Of a stretch of 64,000 nucleotides of DNA, positions 1 to 9,356 are shown piece by piece. A model generated the notes under the pieces. The model had not been told where the DNA came from. It made no database searches and saw only the letters and a program-made list of their open reading frames with translations. Origin of the DNA: Patescibacteria group bacterium (GTDB taxonomy: Bacteria; Patescibacteriota; Minisyncoccia; Phycocordibacterales; SBAW01). The stretch covers positions 67,062-131,061 of the forward strand of contig JAIEMM010000002.1 of the NCBI GenBank assembly GCA_019752125.1, written 5' to 3'. Position 1 is the first letter of the stretch, and each line of letters opens with the position of its first letter. The position numbers and the translations under genes are program-made.

Positions 1-491
1 CCACCGGGACAGTAGTATGAAAGCGGGCCGCTGCAGATTACATAACTTTTGTTGTTGTAACCTCCAACCAAACTCTTTGGCTGGCAGGCATTTTCGACAC
101 TATTGAACGTAACTATGGTGTAATCAGAGGCAGTGGAACTGACCTCTATCCCCCAGTCGTTTGCGCCACCATTGGCACTTGGGTCACGCGGCCAGGCAGG
201 AAGATACGTTGGGACAAAGGCTGCATTGAGCGCAGCTTGGTGTGTGGCGTCGCAGCTTGCAGAAGCGCAGTCCATCCCTGTCCATCCTCCGAAAACAGGA
301 TAATTGCCTTTATGGTCGTCAGCATAGAGCTCAAATGCTCTTTGTACTTGCCGTATAGATGTTGCCCGGTAACTGTCACGACCTTTTGAACGCGCCGAAT
401 TTAGCGATGCCAGTACAATAGCTGCCAGAAGACCAATTATCGCGATGACAACCAACAGTTCAATAAGTGTAAAACCACGCTGCCGTGTCAT
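1..491 (-). CDS. Type IV pilin-like protein (prepilin-type N-terminal cleavage/methylation domain). 5' end is in the window; the C-terminal part runs off the window start
   Basis: Manual minus-strand translation from ATG at 489-491 gives [65 protein letters not shown]..., a class III signal peptide with a G|FTLIELL cleavage motif and hydrophobic helix. The frame stays open to position 1, so the ORF track missed it. Track ORF 146..379 is an out-of-frame artefact of this gene. Confidence 0.8.
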   Translation of the reverse strand, partial: MTRQRGFTLIELLVVIAIIGLLAAIVLASLNSARSKGRDSYRATSIRQVQRAFELYADDHKGNYPVFGGWTGMDCASASCDATHQAALNAAFVPTYLPAWPRDPSANGGANDWGIEVSSTASDYTIVTFNSVENACQPKSLVGGYNNKSYVICSGPLSYYCPG

Positions 492-507
492 TTACTTGAG
501 TATATCT

Positions 508-1053
508 CTATTTTGCAATGCATTGCAGATATGCTGAATACCCTTCATTGAGATACAACTTGCGCGCTGTATTCCAAGGATTAACCACATCGATGTATTG
601 GAGTGTGTTTGGGTCAGAGGTATTTTCCATCCACGCACAGAGTACGTAATGGGCGCCGTCACTTATATATGACAAAAATTTATTTTGCGCGACCGAACTA
701 CTATTTGGCCACGGCCCAGAGTCAGTATTAACAGGATCTTTTGGGACTGTGGTTGAAAACAAACCTTCAGTAATAAGCTCTGGTAGCCATCTCGACGCCG
801 CACCAGTACTCCAGTATGTCGCTGCTGAAGAATATGTTGTTGCGCTTGTAGCACCAGAGTTCGGATATGCATTGTGATTATTGTTGTAGATCTCAAGTGC
901 AGTTGAGATATTTTTCAACGCTGATTTACGCGCTGAGTCACGAGCTTTCAGACGCGCGTTTGTGAGAGCCGCCAAGACAATAGAAGCCAGTACTCCAATG
1001 ATTGCGATAGCAACCAGCAGTTCAATAAGTGTGAAGCCGCGGTGCCGATACAT
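508..1053 (-). CDS. Type IV pilin-like protein. Real start is probably the internal ATG at 1051-1053 ([27 protein letters not shown]...)
   Basis: Prepilin leader plus the G|FTLIELL motif and hydrophobic N-terminal helix. C-terminal region is variable and Ser/Thr/Asn-rich. The track ORF 508..1107 carries a spurious 18-aa N-terminal extension. Confidence 0.8.
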   Translation of the reverse strand: MYRHRGFTLIELLVAIAIIGVLASIVLAALTNARLKARDSARKSALKNISTALEIYNNNHNAYPNSGATSATTYSSAATYWSTGAASRWLPELITEGLFSTTVPKDPVNTDSGPWPNSSSVAQNKFLSYISDGAHYVLCAWMENTSDPNTLQYIDVVNPWNTARKLYLNEGYSAYLQCIAK

Positions 1054-1072
1054 ACGAACAGTATAAACTGAC

Positions 1073-2449
1073 TTAATTACACGATTTACTGCCTGAATTC
1101 CCGGCAATAATATCTATTTGGCATTGATATTCAGTCGCAAACTCCGCAACCTGCTGGCCGTAGAACTGGAGGCTCTTATTACTTGCATTACCACAACCTG
1201 CGAGATAACACATTGCTGCTTTAAATTCTGCTGCGGTGGTCTGTGCGTCTGCACCATTGTCGGTCAGGTAAATTGCCGCCGCCATAAACGCATCTTGAGG
1301 CGCCCAAGGGTTAGGTGGAGTATTTCCAGTACGCTTACCGATGCGATCTTTTGCTTGGTTGTATTGATACTCTGGCGCGGCATACCCTGCATAGAGGGCC
1401 CACGTTGAAGGGATAAACTGCGCCGGACCCATAGCGCCTCCATAGCCGTACCACGGCTTCTTAGATACCGGCATGGTGTTGGGGTTAAGCCCAAGGCTTG
1501 CAGTAATTGCTTGGAAGGGCACCGTGTCGCGCGGAGCCTTCATGTCGACTGTCCACGTACCATTACCAACATTCTGTCCTAAGTTTGATTCTTCGCGGAT
1601 TATTGCCAAAAGGAACGCTGGCCGAATGCCTGTCTCCTTACTTGCCTTGTTTGCATATTCAAGTGCTGTGCCGAACGGGATTGCCGCAGAACCAGTGAGT
1701 TGGAAGAGTGCTGTACGAATCTGTGCAGCTGATTTCTGATTCTGCGCGATGATTGCTTGATATGCCTTTTCCTGTCCTTTTGTGTCAGCTAGAATCTTCT
1801 GCTTTTGTGCCTGTTGAGCTTGTATTTGTTGTTGTTGAAGTTGCTGAACTTGGCGCAACTGAGTTTCTTCTTCGAGTTGTTGTTCTAGATCGGCTTTCTC
1901 TGCTTCCGTCTGAGTGCGAGTGTCTGTTATCTGCATAAACGACTCTTGGAGATGTGCGTTTATTTGGTCGAATGTTGCAAGATCAGAAAAGAACTCCGAC
2001 ACATCTTCCGACGAGAGCGCCATAATTACCAAGGACGACGTGTCGAGCTGGTTTTTCTCGCGCATGATTGCTGCCAACGACTCGAGCTCAGAATTATATT
2101 GCGAGTTAAGACCGAATATTTTGTTCTGTTTGTCCCCTATGCCTGAGGTTAGTTGTTGTATGACCAATGTGCGTGCCTGAATAGCCAACTGCGCTTGTTT
2201 TATATTAGCGTTAAGGATGCTGATATCGCGCGCGAGCGACTGTTCCTGTTTCTGCGCGCTGTCGAGAATAGCCTGTTGCTGAGAAATCTGCTTCTCTAGA
2301 TCGCTGAGCTGTGCCTGGAGTTGTGCACGGTAGCTATCAACGTTTGTTGAATCTTGTGCCTTGGTTACCGACGGCTGTTGTACCAACACTGCCGCCAAAA
2401 AACCAATCGCTATGACTGCGGTAGAAAACCGCTTCATCGTACTATCCAT
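1073..2449 (-). CDS. Secreted coiled-coil protein with a C-terminal lysozyme-like / lytic-transglycosylase-like domain
   Basis: Signal peptide ([19 protein letters not shown]), then about 250 aa of Q/E/L-rich heptad-like coiled coil. The C-terminal domain has [13 protein letters not shown] (E-S catalytic-type motif as in SLT/goose-lysozyme folds) and aromatic-rich [19 protein letters not shown]. Family call is from motif recognition only. Confidence 0.55.
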   Translation of the reverse strand: MDSTMKRFSTAVIAIGFLAAVLVQQPSVTKAQDSTNVDSYRAQLQAQLSDLEKQISQQQAILDSAQKQEQSLARDISILNANIKQAQLAIQARTLVIQQLTSGIGDKQNKIFGLNSQYNSELESLAAIMREKNQLDTSSLVIMALSSEDVSEFFSDLATFDQINAHLQESFMQITDTRTQTEAEKADLEQQLEEETQLRQVQQLQQQQIQAQQAQKQKILADTKGQEKAYQAIIAQNQKSAAQIRTALFQLTGSAAIPFGTALEYANKASKETGIRPAFLLAIIREESNLGQNVGNGTWTVDMKAPRDTVPFQAITASLGLNPNTMPVSKKPWYGYGGAMGPAQFIPSTWALYAGYAAPEYQYNQAKDRIGKRTGNTPPNPWAPQDAFMAAAIYLTDNGADAQTTAAEFKAAMCYLAGCGNASNKSLQFYGQQVAEFATEYQCQIDIIAGNSGSKSCN

Positions 2450-2460
2450 CTCGTAAGTGT

Positions 2461-2492
2461 AACAAAAAAGCTGCCCCTTGGGGCAGCTTTTC
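2461..2492 (-). terminator. Rho-independent terminator downstream of rplY, with bidirectional potential
   Basis: Perfect 12-bp stem aaaagctgcccc/ggggcagctttt (2466-2491) with a 2-nt loop. An A-run on the plus strand gives a U-run on the minus strand. Confidence 0.6.
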
Positions 2493-2494
2493 TT

Positions 2495-3136
2495 TTATTC
2501 TGCGGATTCAGCAGGGGCTTCTTCCTCTTTCTTACCGCGCTCAACGCTGGTTTCAATAGCTGAAAGGTCCATAGGAGCGCTTTCTTCGACTTCATCTGAA
2601 GCAGTATCAATCATGGCAACCACCTCGTCTGTTGGAACGCTGATGATAGCACTTGCTGGAAGCTTCAAGTCTGACACTAAAATCTTACCGTCGAGAGTTG
2701 TGAGTTTTGAGATATCCACATGGATAAGGTTTGGGAGATCTTTTGGAAGCACTTCCATTTCAATCTCGTGAATAACTTTCACCAAAATACCACCAAGGTC
2801 TTTTACTGCAGGAGAAACGCCCTCAAATTCAAGCGGTACAGACACAGTAACGGTCTGACCCTTTTCAATAGCGTAAAAGTCGGCATGGAGAGGCTCACCA
2901 GAAACTGCGTGAAATTCAACGTCATGGATAAGGGCGTCTTTTTCTTCACCTAAACCCTTAAGGGTGATGACAGTTGCCGAACCTGCTGTCTTAAATAGTT
3001 TTTCAAAATCTTTACGAGACACAGAAATAGGAGTTGACTCCTCGCTGCGGCCGTATACAACCGCAGGCATAAGGCCGCCCTTGCGGATAGCCGCTGCTTT
3101 TACCTTTGTATCTCGCTTTTCTACTGCCAATTGCAT
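2495..3136 (-). CDS. rplY: 50S ribosomal protein L25 / general stress protein Ctc
   Basis: Full-length L25/Ctc architecture: N-terminal L25 domain (GLMPAVVYGR..., FHAVSGEPLHADF) plus an acidic C-terminal tail. Confidence 0.88.
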   Translation of the reverse strand: MQLAVEKRDTKVKAAAIRKGGLMPAVVYGRSEESTPISVSRKDFEKLFKTAGSATVITLKGLGEEKDALIHDVEFHAVSGEPLHADFYAIEKGQTVTVSVPLEFEGVSPAVKDLGGILVKVIHEIEMEVLPKDLPNLIHVDISKLTTLDGKILVSDLKLPASAIISVPTDEVVAMIDTASDEVEESAPMDLSAIETSVERGKKEEEAPAESAE

Positions 3137-3187
3137 GTGGAGACATCCTACCCCAAGAAGGCACGGGAATCAAGTATTTGAGGCTAT

Positions 3188-4045
3188 TTACTGCCCCGCG
3201 AACAGGCGCATCTTCTGCACCACGTATGCTTTTGTAGCCTCAACAGAAGGAGTAAGGAATTTGTATGGCGTAGTTTCAGTCCCCTCATCCAGCGTCTTTT
3301 TAAGAGTGTCGTGATAGATAACACGGAGGTCAGTATTGATATGGATCATTGCAACACCTGCGTGTACTGCCTGTTTGAATTCCTCGTCTGTTGAACCTGA
3401 GCCGCCGTGTAAAACCAGAGGTACGCCAGCTGCCGTATTCAAAGCTGCGATACGTTCAATAGAAAGTTTTGGTTGGCCGGAGAGTACGATGCCGTGAATG
3501 TTGCCGACAGCTGGTGCAACTAAGTCTATGCCTGTCTCTTCAACAAGCTTTCGGAGATCTTCTGGTTTAGTCATCATGTCTTCGGTAATCGCAGCACCTT
3601 CAGGGAGAGACTGCATCACGTTAGATGATGTGCCTATGTACCCAAGCTCACCTTCTACCAACACCTCACGGCCGCTTGCGCGTGCGCATTGTACAGACGC
3701 TGAAAGTAAGTGAGAATTTTCTTCAAATGGGAGTTTTGCTCCATCAACAACAACTGAATCTACGCCATCCGCTATCGCCTGCTGCACTTTTTCAACACTG
3801 TAGGTGTGGTCAGCGTTCAGGTACATCTGAATTCCCTGTTCGTTATAAAAATTAACAAGCGCACGAGCCTGTGGTATGGAGAAAAATTCGCGCTCGCCTT
3901 CAGAGAGACCGACGACGACAGGCAACCCCGTTTCTTTAGCAGCTGCAGCTATAGCCTGCAGTTGATTTGAGTCTGAAAAATTAAAATGCCCAAGCGCCCT
4001 TCCTGCCTTTCTGTATTCAGAAATAACTTCTTTCAAGGTTTGCAT
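3188..4045 (-). CDS. fba: Class II fructose-1,6-bisphosphate aldolase (FbaA/tagatose-bisphosphate aldolase family)
   Basis: Class II aldolase motifs: HGGSGS metal/phosphate-binding motif and LVLHGGSGSTDEEF. Length 285 aa. Confidence 0.88.
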   Translation of the reverse strand: MQTLKEVISEYRKAGRALGHFNFSDSNQLQAIAAAAKETGLPVVVGLSEGEREFFSIPQARALVNFYNEQGIQMYLNADHTYSVEKVQQAIADGVDSVVVDGAKLPFEENSHLLSASVQCARASGREVLVEGELGYIGTSSNVMQSLPEGAAITEDMMTKPEDLRKLVEETGIDLVAPAVGNIHGIVLSGQPKLSIERIAALNTAAGVPLVLHGGSGSTDEEFKQAVHAGVAMIHINTDLRVIYHDTLKKTLDEGTETTPYKFLTPSVEATKAYVVQKMRLFAGQ

Positions 4046-4059
4046 AGCTTCTATTATAT

Positions 4060-5079
4060 ATGAGATATAATCACTCTATGGACAGCTCTATCGACTTCTT
4101 TGCTATTGGCGACATTGTCACTGAGCCATTTATCCGCCTCAAGGAAGCGCGAGTTCATTGCAACATAAACGACGAGTCATGTGAGATCTGCATGCGCTGG
4201 GGTGACAAAATTCCCTACGACTATTTTGTGCTTATTCCGGCTGTTGGTAACGCTGCAAACGCAGCAGTCTCAGCGGCGCGGCTTGGGCTGGGGACAACGC
4301 TGCGGGCCTATATCGGCGAAGACAGGTACGGCGAAGACTGTCTTGCGGTACTTAAAAAAGAAGGCGTTGATATTTCATTCATGGTTAAGGACCCGACACG
4401 TCCAAGCAACTACCACTATGTATTGTGGTATGAAACTGAGCGCACAATTTTGGTAAAGCATGAACATTACGACTATCGTCTTCCGGAAATTCCAACTAAC
4501 ACACGATGGCTGTATCTTTCCTCACTCGCTGACAACTCACAAGCCTATCACGAACAGATTGCTCAGTGGCTTATACAGCACCCAGAAACCAAACTTGCCT
4601 TCCAGCCCGGCACATTCCAAATGAAACTAGGCGTGGAAGCTCTCAAAGATATCTACGCGCGCACAGAACTATTTGTATGCAATAAACAAGAAGCGGAGCG
4701 AATACTAAAACTCGAACCCACAGACAATAAAAAAGATTTACTGGATGGACTGCACGCGCTCGGTCCAAAACTTGTGATTATTACCGATGACCGTAAAGGC
4801 GCGTATGCAAGAGACGAACAGGGTGGATATTGGTATGTACCAATGTACCCCGACGCACGAGCACCGTTTGAACGTACAGGCGCAGGCGACGCCTTTGCCT
4901 CTACTGTCGCTGCCGCACTAGCGCTTGGAAAACCATTCCAGGAAGCGCTTCTGTGGGGGCCAATAAATGCAATGTCTGTCGTACAAGAAGTGGGTGCACA
5001 AAAAGGTTTATTAAACCGAGAAAAACTTGAAGAATATCTCCGTACTGCTCCACCTGAATATAAACTGACAAACCTCTAG
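4060..5079 (+). CDS. PfkB-family carbohydrate/nucleoside kinase (ribokinase-like)
   Basis: Ribokinase-fold signature TGAGDAF near the C-terminus and a GNAANAA N-terminal glycine motif. Substrate is unknown. Confidence 0.72.
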   Translation: MRYNHSMDSSIDFFAIGDIVTEPFIRLKEARVHCNINDESCEICMRWGDKIPYDYFVLIPAVGNAANAAVSAARLGLGTTLRAYIGEDRYGEDCLAVLKKEGVDISFMVKDPTRPSNYHYVLWYETERTILVKHEHYDYRLPEIPTNTRWLYLSSLADNSQAYHEQIAQWLIQHPETKLAFQPGTFQMKLGVEALKDIYARTELFVCNKQEAERILKLEPTDNKKDLLDGLHALGPKLVIITDDRKGAYARDEQGGYWYVPMYPDARAPFERTGAGDAFASTVAAALALGKPFQEALLWGPINAMSVVQEVGAQKGLLNREKLEEYLRTAPPEYKLTNL

Positions 5080-5080
5080 T

Positions 5081-5272
5081 CTATTTGTCTGGCAACGTTG
5101 TACGTTGCACGAGCGCAGTAGCAAATGCCTCTGCAATCGGGTTTTTCCCAAAGGCAGTATTGTACACGATCAAAAATGCGCCAAGAGAAAAACTTCCCAC
5201 AAACATCAAGCTAATGACGGGGTTAACCCATGAGCGGAAAATATCGGCTTTTCGTTGAGTCAGTTCAAACAT
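5081..5272 (-). CDS. Small hypothetical membrane protein (63 aa)
   Basis: Has one predicted TM helix (VISLMFVGSFSLGAFLIVY) and sits downstream of the tkt C-half on the same strand. No similarity recognised, so it could be spurious. Confidence 0.25.
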   Translation of the reverse strand: MFELTQRKADIFRSWVNPVISLMFVGSFSLGAFLIVYNTAFGKNPIAEAFATALVQRTTLPDK

Positions 5273-5282
5273 AAAAAAATAA

Positions 5283-6272
5283 TTATGTTAATTTGCGAGC
5301 GAATACAGTCCGTATCGCAGCTTGTATGCTTTCGACATCGAGCTTGTACTCTCTCCATAATTCCGCACCTCCCCCGGATTGTCCAAACCGGTCGTGCACA
5401 CCTATAAACTCCATCGGGACTGAATAATTCTGCGCGAGCACTTCTGCGACAGCGCTTCCCAAACCTCCTGCCACTTGATGCTCCTCTACAGTTACGACAG
5501 CACCCGCTTGTTTTGCAAAAGAAACTACAGCAGCCTCATCGAGAGGTTTGATAGTGTGTAGGTTTATAACGGTTACAGAAATTTCACTTGCAAGCGCCTG
5601 TGCAGCCAAAAGTGCGTTGTGTGCAAGTGGGCCAGTTACAAATACGGCAACTTGGGGGTTAGTACCTTGCCAGAGTTCCATCGCTTTCCCTATTTGAAAC
5701 GGAGTATCTGGAGTCGTAATCACCGGCGTCTTTTCCCGTGCGAGGCGGATATATACAGGCCCAGGGTGTGCTGCGGCGGCCAATGTTGCCTTGCGCGCTT
5801 CTTCTGCATCGCACGGCGAGATCACAGTCATATTGGGCTGTACTCGCATAAGCGCGATATCTTCAAGGGCTTGGTGTGTTGCACCATCTGGACCAACAGA
5901 GAGACCTGCGTGTGAGCCAACGATTTTTACTGGCACATTATTGAGAGAAATAGTCGTGCGAATTTGTTCGTTATTGCGACCCGGAGAGAACGCCGCGTAC
6001 GATGCGATAAATGGAATCTTCCCATAGTTTGCCAACCCCGATGCTATAGTTGCCAGATTTTGCTCTGCAACACCAACTTGTATAAACCGCTCAGGATATT
6101 TTTCCTTAAACGCGAGCATGCGCGTAGATTCTGACAAGTCTGCACACAGCGCCACAACACGTGGATCTTTTTCTCCAAGTTCTAGGAGGCCCCTACCAAA
6201 CCCATCACGCGTTGGCGCGAACGTAGGTTTACTTAAAAGTTCAGGAGCAAGCTTCTGTGCAGGAGAAAGCAT
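5283..6272 (-). CDS. Transketolase, C-terminal subunit (pyrimidine-binding plus C-terminal domains) of a split transketolase
   Basis: 329 aa. FIQVGVAEQN, FSPGRNNEQIR and SHAGLSVGPDGATHQALEDIALMR are typical of the TK C-terminal half, as in split TK of archaea and CPR. Confidence 0.9.
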   Translation of the reverse strand: MLSPAQKLAPELLSKPTFAPTRDGFGRGLLELGEKDPRVVALCADLSESTRMLAFKEKYPERFIQVGVAEQNLATIASGLANYGKIPFIASYAAFSPGRNNEQIRTTISLNNVPVKIVGSHAGLSVGPDGATHQALEDIALMRVQPNMTVISPCDAEEARKATLAAAAHPGPVYIRLAREKTPVITTPDTPFQIGKAMELWQGTNPQVAVFVTGPLAHNALLAAQALASEISVTVINLHTIKPLDEAAVVSFAKQAGAVVTVEEHQVAGGLGSAVAEVLAQNYSVPMEFIGVHDRFGQSGGGAELWREYKLDVESIQAAIRTVFARKLT

Positions 6273-6288
6273 ATCTTTTTAGTATAAC

Positions 6289-6822
6289 TCACCAGCACTG
6301 TGCACCAGGTGTGTAGAGTGCAAAGTCGTTCTCGTAGACAGTATTGTTATTGCAAGGGGCAAGAGACCCGCTGTAGAAAGGCCGCTTCATAGGATTGTTG
6401 CTTGACGTATATGTTTCTACCGTAGCGTACGATATGAGTATGTAATCGGTGCCGTTCGACGTATATATGTATGCATTCCCATAACTTGTGGCACATGTTG
6501 AGCCTCCTTTTGGATCAACTGGCAATGTCCCTATATATGTCGGGGCCAAATTCGGTATATAGCCGTTAGCGCCACTTGTGGTTTTTTGGCCTACGCTACT
6601 ATCAGCACAGATACTCGCCCACCCACTCGCAGGATAGAGGCCGTTATGGTCAGATGCGTACAACTCGAGAGCTTTTTGAAGCTCCTTCAATGTTACCAAG
6701 CGAGTCGCGTCGCGAGCCTTTGCTCTGGCACTATTGAGCGACGTAAGTACGATCGATGCCAAGAGACCGATAATTGAAATCACGACGAGAAGTTCTATCA
6801 ATGTAAACCCTCGCGCTTTCAT
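6289..6822 (-). CDS. Type IV pilin-like protein (paralog of the genes at 1-491 and 508-1053). Start is at the internal ATG at 6820-6822 ([26 protein letters not shown]...)
   Basis: Prepilin leader and hydrophobic helix. The N-terminus is nearly identical to the pilin at 1-491 and the C-terminus diverges. The track ORF extension 6823-6870 overlaps the upstream gene's 3' end. Confidence 0.8.
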   Translation of the reverse strand: MKARGFTLIELLVVISIIGLLASIVLTSLNSARAKARDATRLVTLKELQKALELYASDHNGLYPASGWASICADSSVGQKTTSGANGYIPNLAPTYIGTLPVDPKGGSTCATSYGNAYIYTSNGTDYILISYATVETYTSSNNPMKRPFYSGSLAPCNNNTVYENDFALYTPGAQCW

Positions 6823-6833
6823 TTTTAAATTGT

Positions 6834-7367
6834 TTACCCAAGCATAAACCACGCAGTCAGGCCTAGACACACAACAATGATGCCGATGAGTACCATGTTG
6901 GCCTGCTGCTGCGTTTTGACTAATCCAGTTTTCATCACCATACCAATAAGACCGGTCTGAGTCACAACAGGACTTTGTGTGGATCCAATGGAAATCGTTA
7001 CACCTCCTTGTGAAGGGGTTTGTGGATTAAGAGCCTCTGCCTCTTTGCGACGCTTTGTCATTTCAGCTAAGAACGCATCGTTTGGATTAGCTGCAGCTGC
7101 GGTTTGCGTAAGTGGTTTTGTCTGCGTTACCACAGGAGCTGCAGATGCCGGAGGTATAACAATCGCTACGGGTTGCATTTGGGCTGGCACTGGGGCTGGA
7201 GTCGGAGGAGCGACAGGCGCTACCGGGGCCGGGTGTTCAAGTTCCATAAATGCAGCAGAGATATCTATAGCCGACCACCCCGCACTTGAGAGCGACCGTA
7301 TAACAGCCTCTTTAGAAAACTTCGAGAGATTCTCCTGGATGTATGCCGTGAGTTGTGGATTTGCCAT
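6834..7367 (-). CDS. Hypothetical tail-anchored protein. It has a small N-terminal domain, a Pro/Ala-rich linker, a Ser/Thr-rich segment and a C-terminal TM helix
   Basis: APVAPVAPPTPAPVPAQMQPVAIVIPPASAAPVV linker. The only hydrophobic helix is at the extreme C-terminus (MVLIGIIVVCLGLTAWFMLG). Confidence 0.5.
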   Translation of the reverse strand: MANPQLTAYIQENLSKFSKEAVIRSLSSAGWSAIDISAAFMELEHPAPVAPVAPPTPAPVPAQMQPVAIVIPPASAAPVVTQTKPLTQTAAAANPNDAFLAEMTKRRKEAEALNPQTPSQGGVTISIGSTQSPVVTQTGLIGMVMKTGLVKTQQQANMVLIGIIVVCLGLTAWFMLG

Positions 7368-7376
7368 AAATATATG

Positions 7377-8234
7377 TTACTCGTGTTCGCTTGTTATCGC
7401 ACCCTTCAATGTTCTCAATTCTTTCAAAAACTTTTGCCCCTCTTCCTGCGTCGGCGGCTTACCGTGCCACGTATAGTCAAATTCTATCTCCTTAATCCCC
7501 TTACCTGGAATGGTATGTGCCAAGATAAGCGTCGGCCTCTCAAATATTGCTTTTGCTTGCTCAACTGCGTTGATAAATTCACGCATATTATGCCCATCAA
7601 CTTCAATAACGTGCCAGTTGAAAGCCTCGTACTTGGCACGCACATTTTCCAATGGCATCACATGTTCTGTCATGCCATCTATCTGGATATTATTACGATC
7701 CATAACAGCAGTGAGATTTGAAAGTTTGTTGTTGCCTGCAAACATAGCAGCCTCCCATATATTTCCTGCATCCTGTTCACCATCGCTCATAATGCAGTAG
7801 ACACGAAAATTTTTATTATCCATTCGTGCGCCATACGCATACCCCGCCGCCTGCGACAATCCTGAACCTAGTGGCCCTGAGGTGCTTTCAAGGCCCGGCA
7901 AGCGCATACGCTCCGGGTGGCCTTGAAGGCGTGAGCCAAATTTACGCAGTGTTAAGCATTCTTCAATTGGAAAATACCCAGCATGTGCCATGGCAGCATA
8001 GCGTACGGGTACAATGTGGCCATTTGAAAGGAAGAGTCTGTCACGTTCCTCCCAGTCTGGATGTTTTGGATCCTGTCTAAGGATATGGAAATAGAATGCG
8101 GTAAAAATATCAGCCATCCCTAAGGGGCCAGCTGTGTGGCCAGAACCTGCAGCCATAAGCATTTCAATAATGGTCTCGCGGATAGCCTCCGCTGTACGTT
8201 CTAGCTCTTTTACTTTTCCTTCCGTAAGCACCAT
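7377..8234 (-). CDS. Transketolase, N-terminal subunit (thiamine-diphosphate-binding) of a split transketolase
   Basis: GSGHTAGPLGMADI and the TPP-binding motif GDGEQDAGNIWEAAMFAG (GDG...N). Length 285 aa. Confidence 0.9.
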   Translation of the reverse strand: MVLTEGKVKELERTAEAIRETIIEMLMAAGSGHTAGPLGMADIFTAFYFHILRQDPKHPDWEERDRLFLSNGHIVPVRYAAMAHAGYFPIEECLTLRKFGSRLQGHPERMRLPGLESTSGPLGSGLSQAAGYAYGARMDNKNFRVYCIMSDGEQDAGNIWEAAMFAGNNKLSNLTAVMDRNNIQIDGMTEHVMPLENVRAKYEAFNWHVIEVDGHNMREFINAVEQAKAIFERPTLILAHTIPGKGIKEIEFDYTWHGKPPTQEEGQKFLKELRTLKGAITSEHE

Positions 8235-8257
8235 AGCTATAGCAAAGTATACGTTAC

Positions 8258-8893
8258 TTATTCTATTTCTTTTTGCAGTTGCTCAAATGCGCGAGCCGGG
8301 TCTTCTGCTTTAGTAATTCCTGAACCAATGACAAGTCGTGTCGCGCCAGCCTCTGCAACTTCGCGTGGGTGCGCGGCAACTCCACCATCACATTGCAATG
8401 GAAGGTTTGGATACAACACACGAAGAGTCTTTAAAAGTTCGAGCTCTTTATGGTGCGGGTCGGGCGGCTGACCCTGCACACCTATCGTGTCTATACCCAT
8501 AACCTGTACGTAGTCGTACAAACCTTCAAACAGTGCGAGCACTGAAGGTTCGTCATGTGCACGTAGTGCAACTCCCGCCTCCACCGCATAACTGCCGCCG
8601 CGCAAATGCTGCATACTCTCCAACGCCTCTTTTGCACTTTCCCCATCCGCGTGGATGACAATGCGCGACGCACCAAGTGCGACACATTTTTCTATATGTG
8701 CCTCAGGGTCGGGCAGCATAATGTCAAATTCAAAATCAAAATGTTCCCACAGAGGCATTACTGTTTCGTCCGCGAGAATATTTTCCCCAACGAGGTCAAT
8801 CTGCACCATAGGCGCCACATCACGCAATCGCACAAGCGCCATCTCGAGCTCATCTACACTCTTTGGAAGTATTGCGGGAATTATTTCAATCAT
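8258..8893 (-). CDS. Ribulose-phosphate 3-epimerase-like TIM-barrel protein (divergent)
   Basis: Rpe-like landmarks: IIPAILPKS (like IAPSILSAD), IVIHAD, DGGV and GATRLVIGSGI. The position of the canonical H-x-D metal motif reads QIDLVGEN, so catalytic competence is uncertain. Confidence 0.55.
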   Translation of the reverse strand: MIEIIPAILPKSVDELEMALVRLRDVAPMVQIDLVGENILADETVMPLWEHFDFEFDIMLPDPEAHIEKCVALGASRIVIHADGESAKEALESMQHLRGGSYAVEAGVALRAHDEPSVLALFEGLYDYVQVMGIDTIGVQGQPPDPHHKELELLKTLRVLYPNLPLQCDGGVAAHPREVAEAGATRLVIGSGITKAEDPARAFEQLQKEIE

Positions 8894-9353
8894 GATTCGA
8901 TGTACTCACCACAAGTTGGTCTAATTTAGCAATGCGGCGAATATGACGCTCTTCATTCGAAAACGGTGTGGTTAAAAAAAGTTCTACAGCCATCTTTGCA
9001 CCCTCTTCATTCACAAACCGTGCACCAAACGAAAGAATATTTGCATCATTATGTTTGCGCGTGGTTGGCACAATAGATACATCTCCCCCGTAATATACAG
9101 CCGCACGAACTCCCTTAACACGGTTGGCTGCGATGACCTCACCTTGTCCCGAGCCCCCTATCACGATGCCGAAACTGCCTTTATTTTGAGCCACTTTCTG
9201 AGCACACGGCATAATAAAGTCTGGGTAGTCATCGTCTTCCTTATATATAGAAGTTCCGCAGTCTTCGACTTCATGCCCCAACTCCTTCAAAAAAGGAATG
9301 AGGGTATTTTTTAATTCGAATCCTGCGTGATCAGAAGCTATATATATCTGCAT
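8886..9353 (-). CDS. rpiB: Ribose-5-phosphate isomerase B
   Basis: RpiB/LacAB fold: IASDHAGFELK start motif, GIVIGGSGQGE and catalytic-region C in EDCGTS. Length 155 aa. Confidence 0.88.
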   Translation of the reverse strand: MQIYIASDHAGFELKNTLIPFLKELGHEVEDCGTSIYKEDDDYPDFIMPCAQKVAQNKGSFGIVIGGSGQGEVIAANRVKGVRAAVYYGGDVSIVPTTRKHNDANILSFGARFVNEEGAKMAVELFLTTPFSNEERHIRRIAKLDQLVVSTSNHD

Positions 9354-9356
9354 ATA

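Noticed and set aside
146-379. Track ORF of 77 aa (MTVTGQHLYGKYKEHLSS...) on the minus strand
   Set aside because: It lies entirely inside the real pilin gene 1-491 in the +1 frame. The pilin frame, with its class III signal peptide from ATG 489-491, explains the region.
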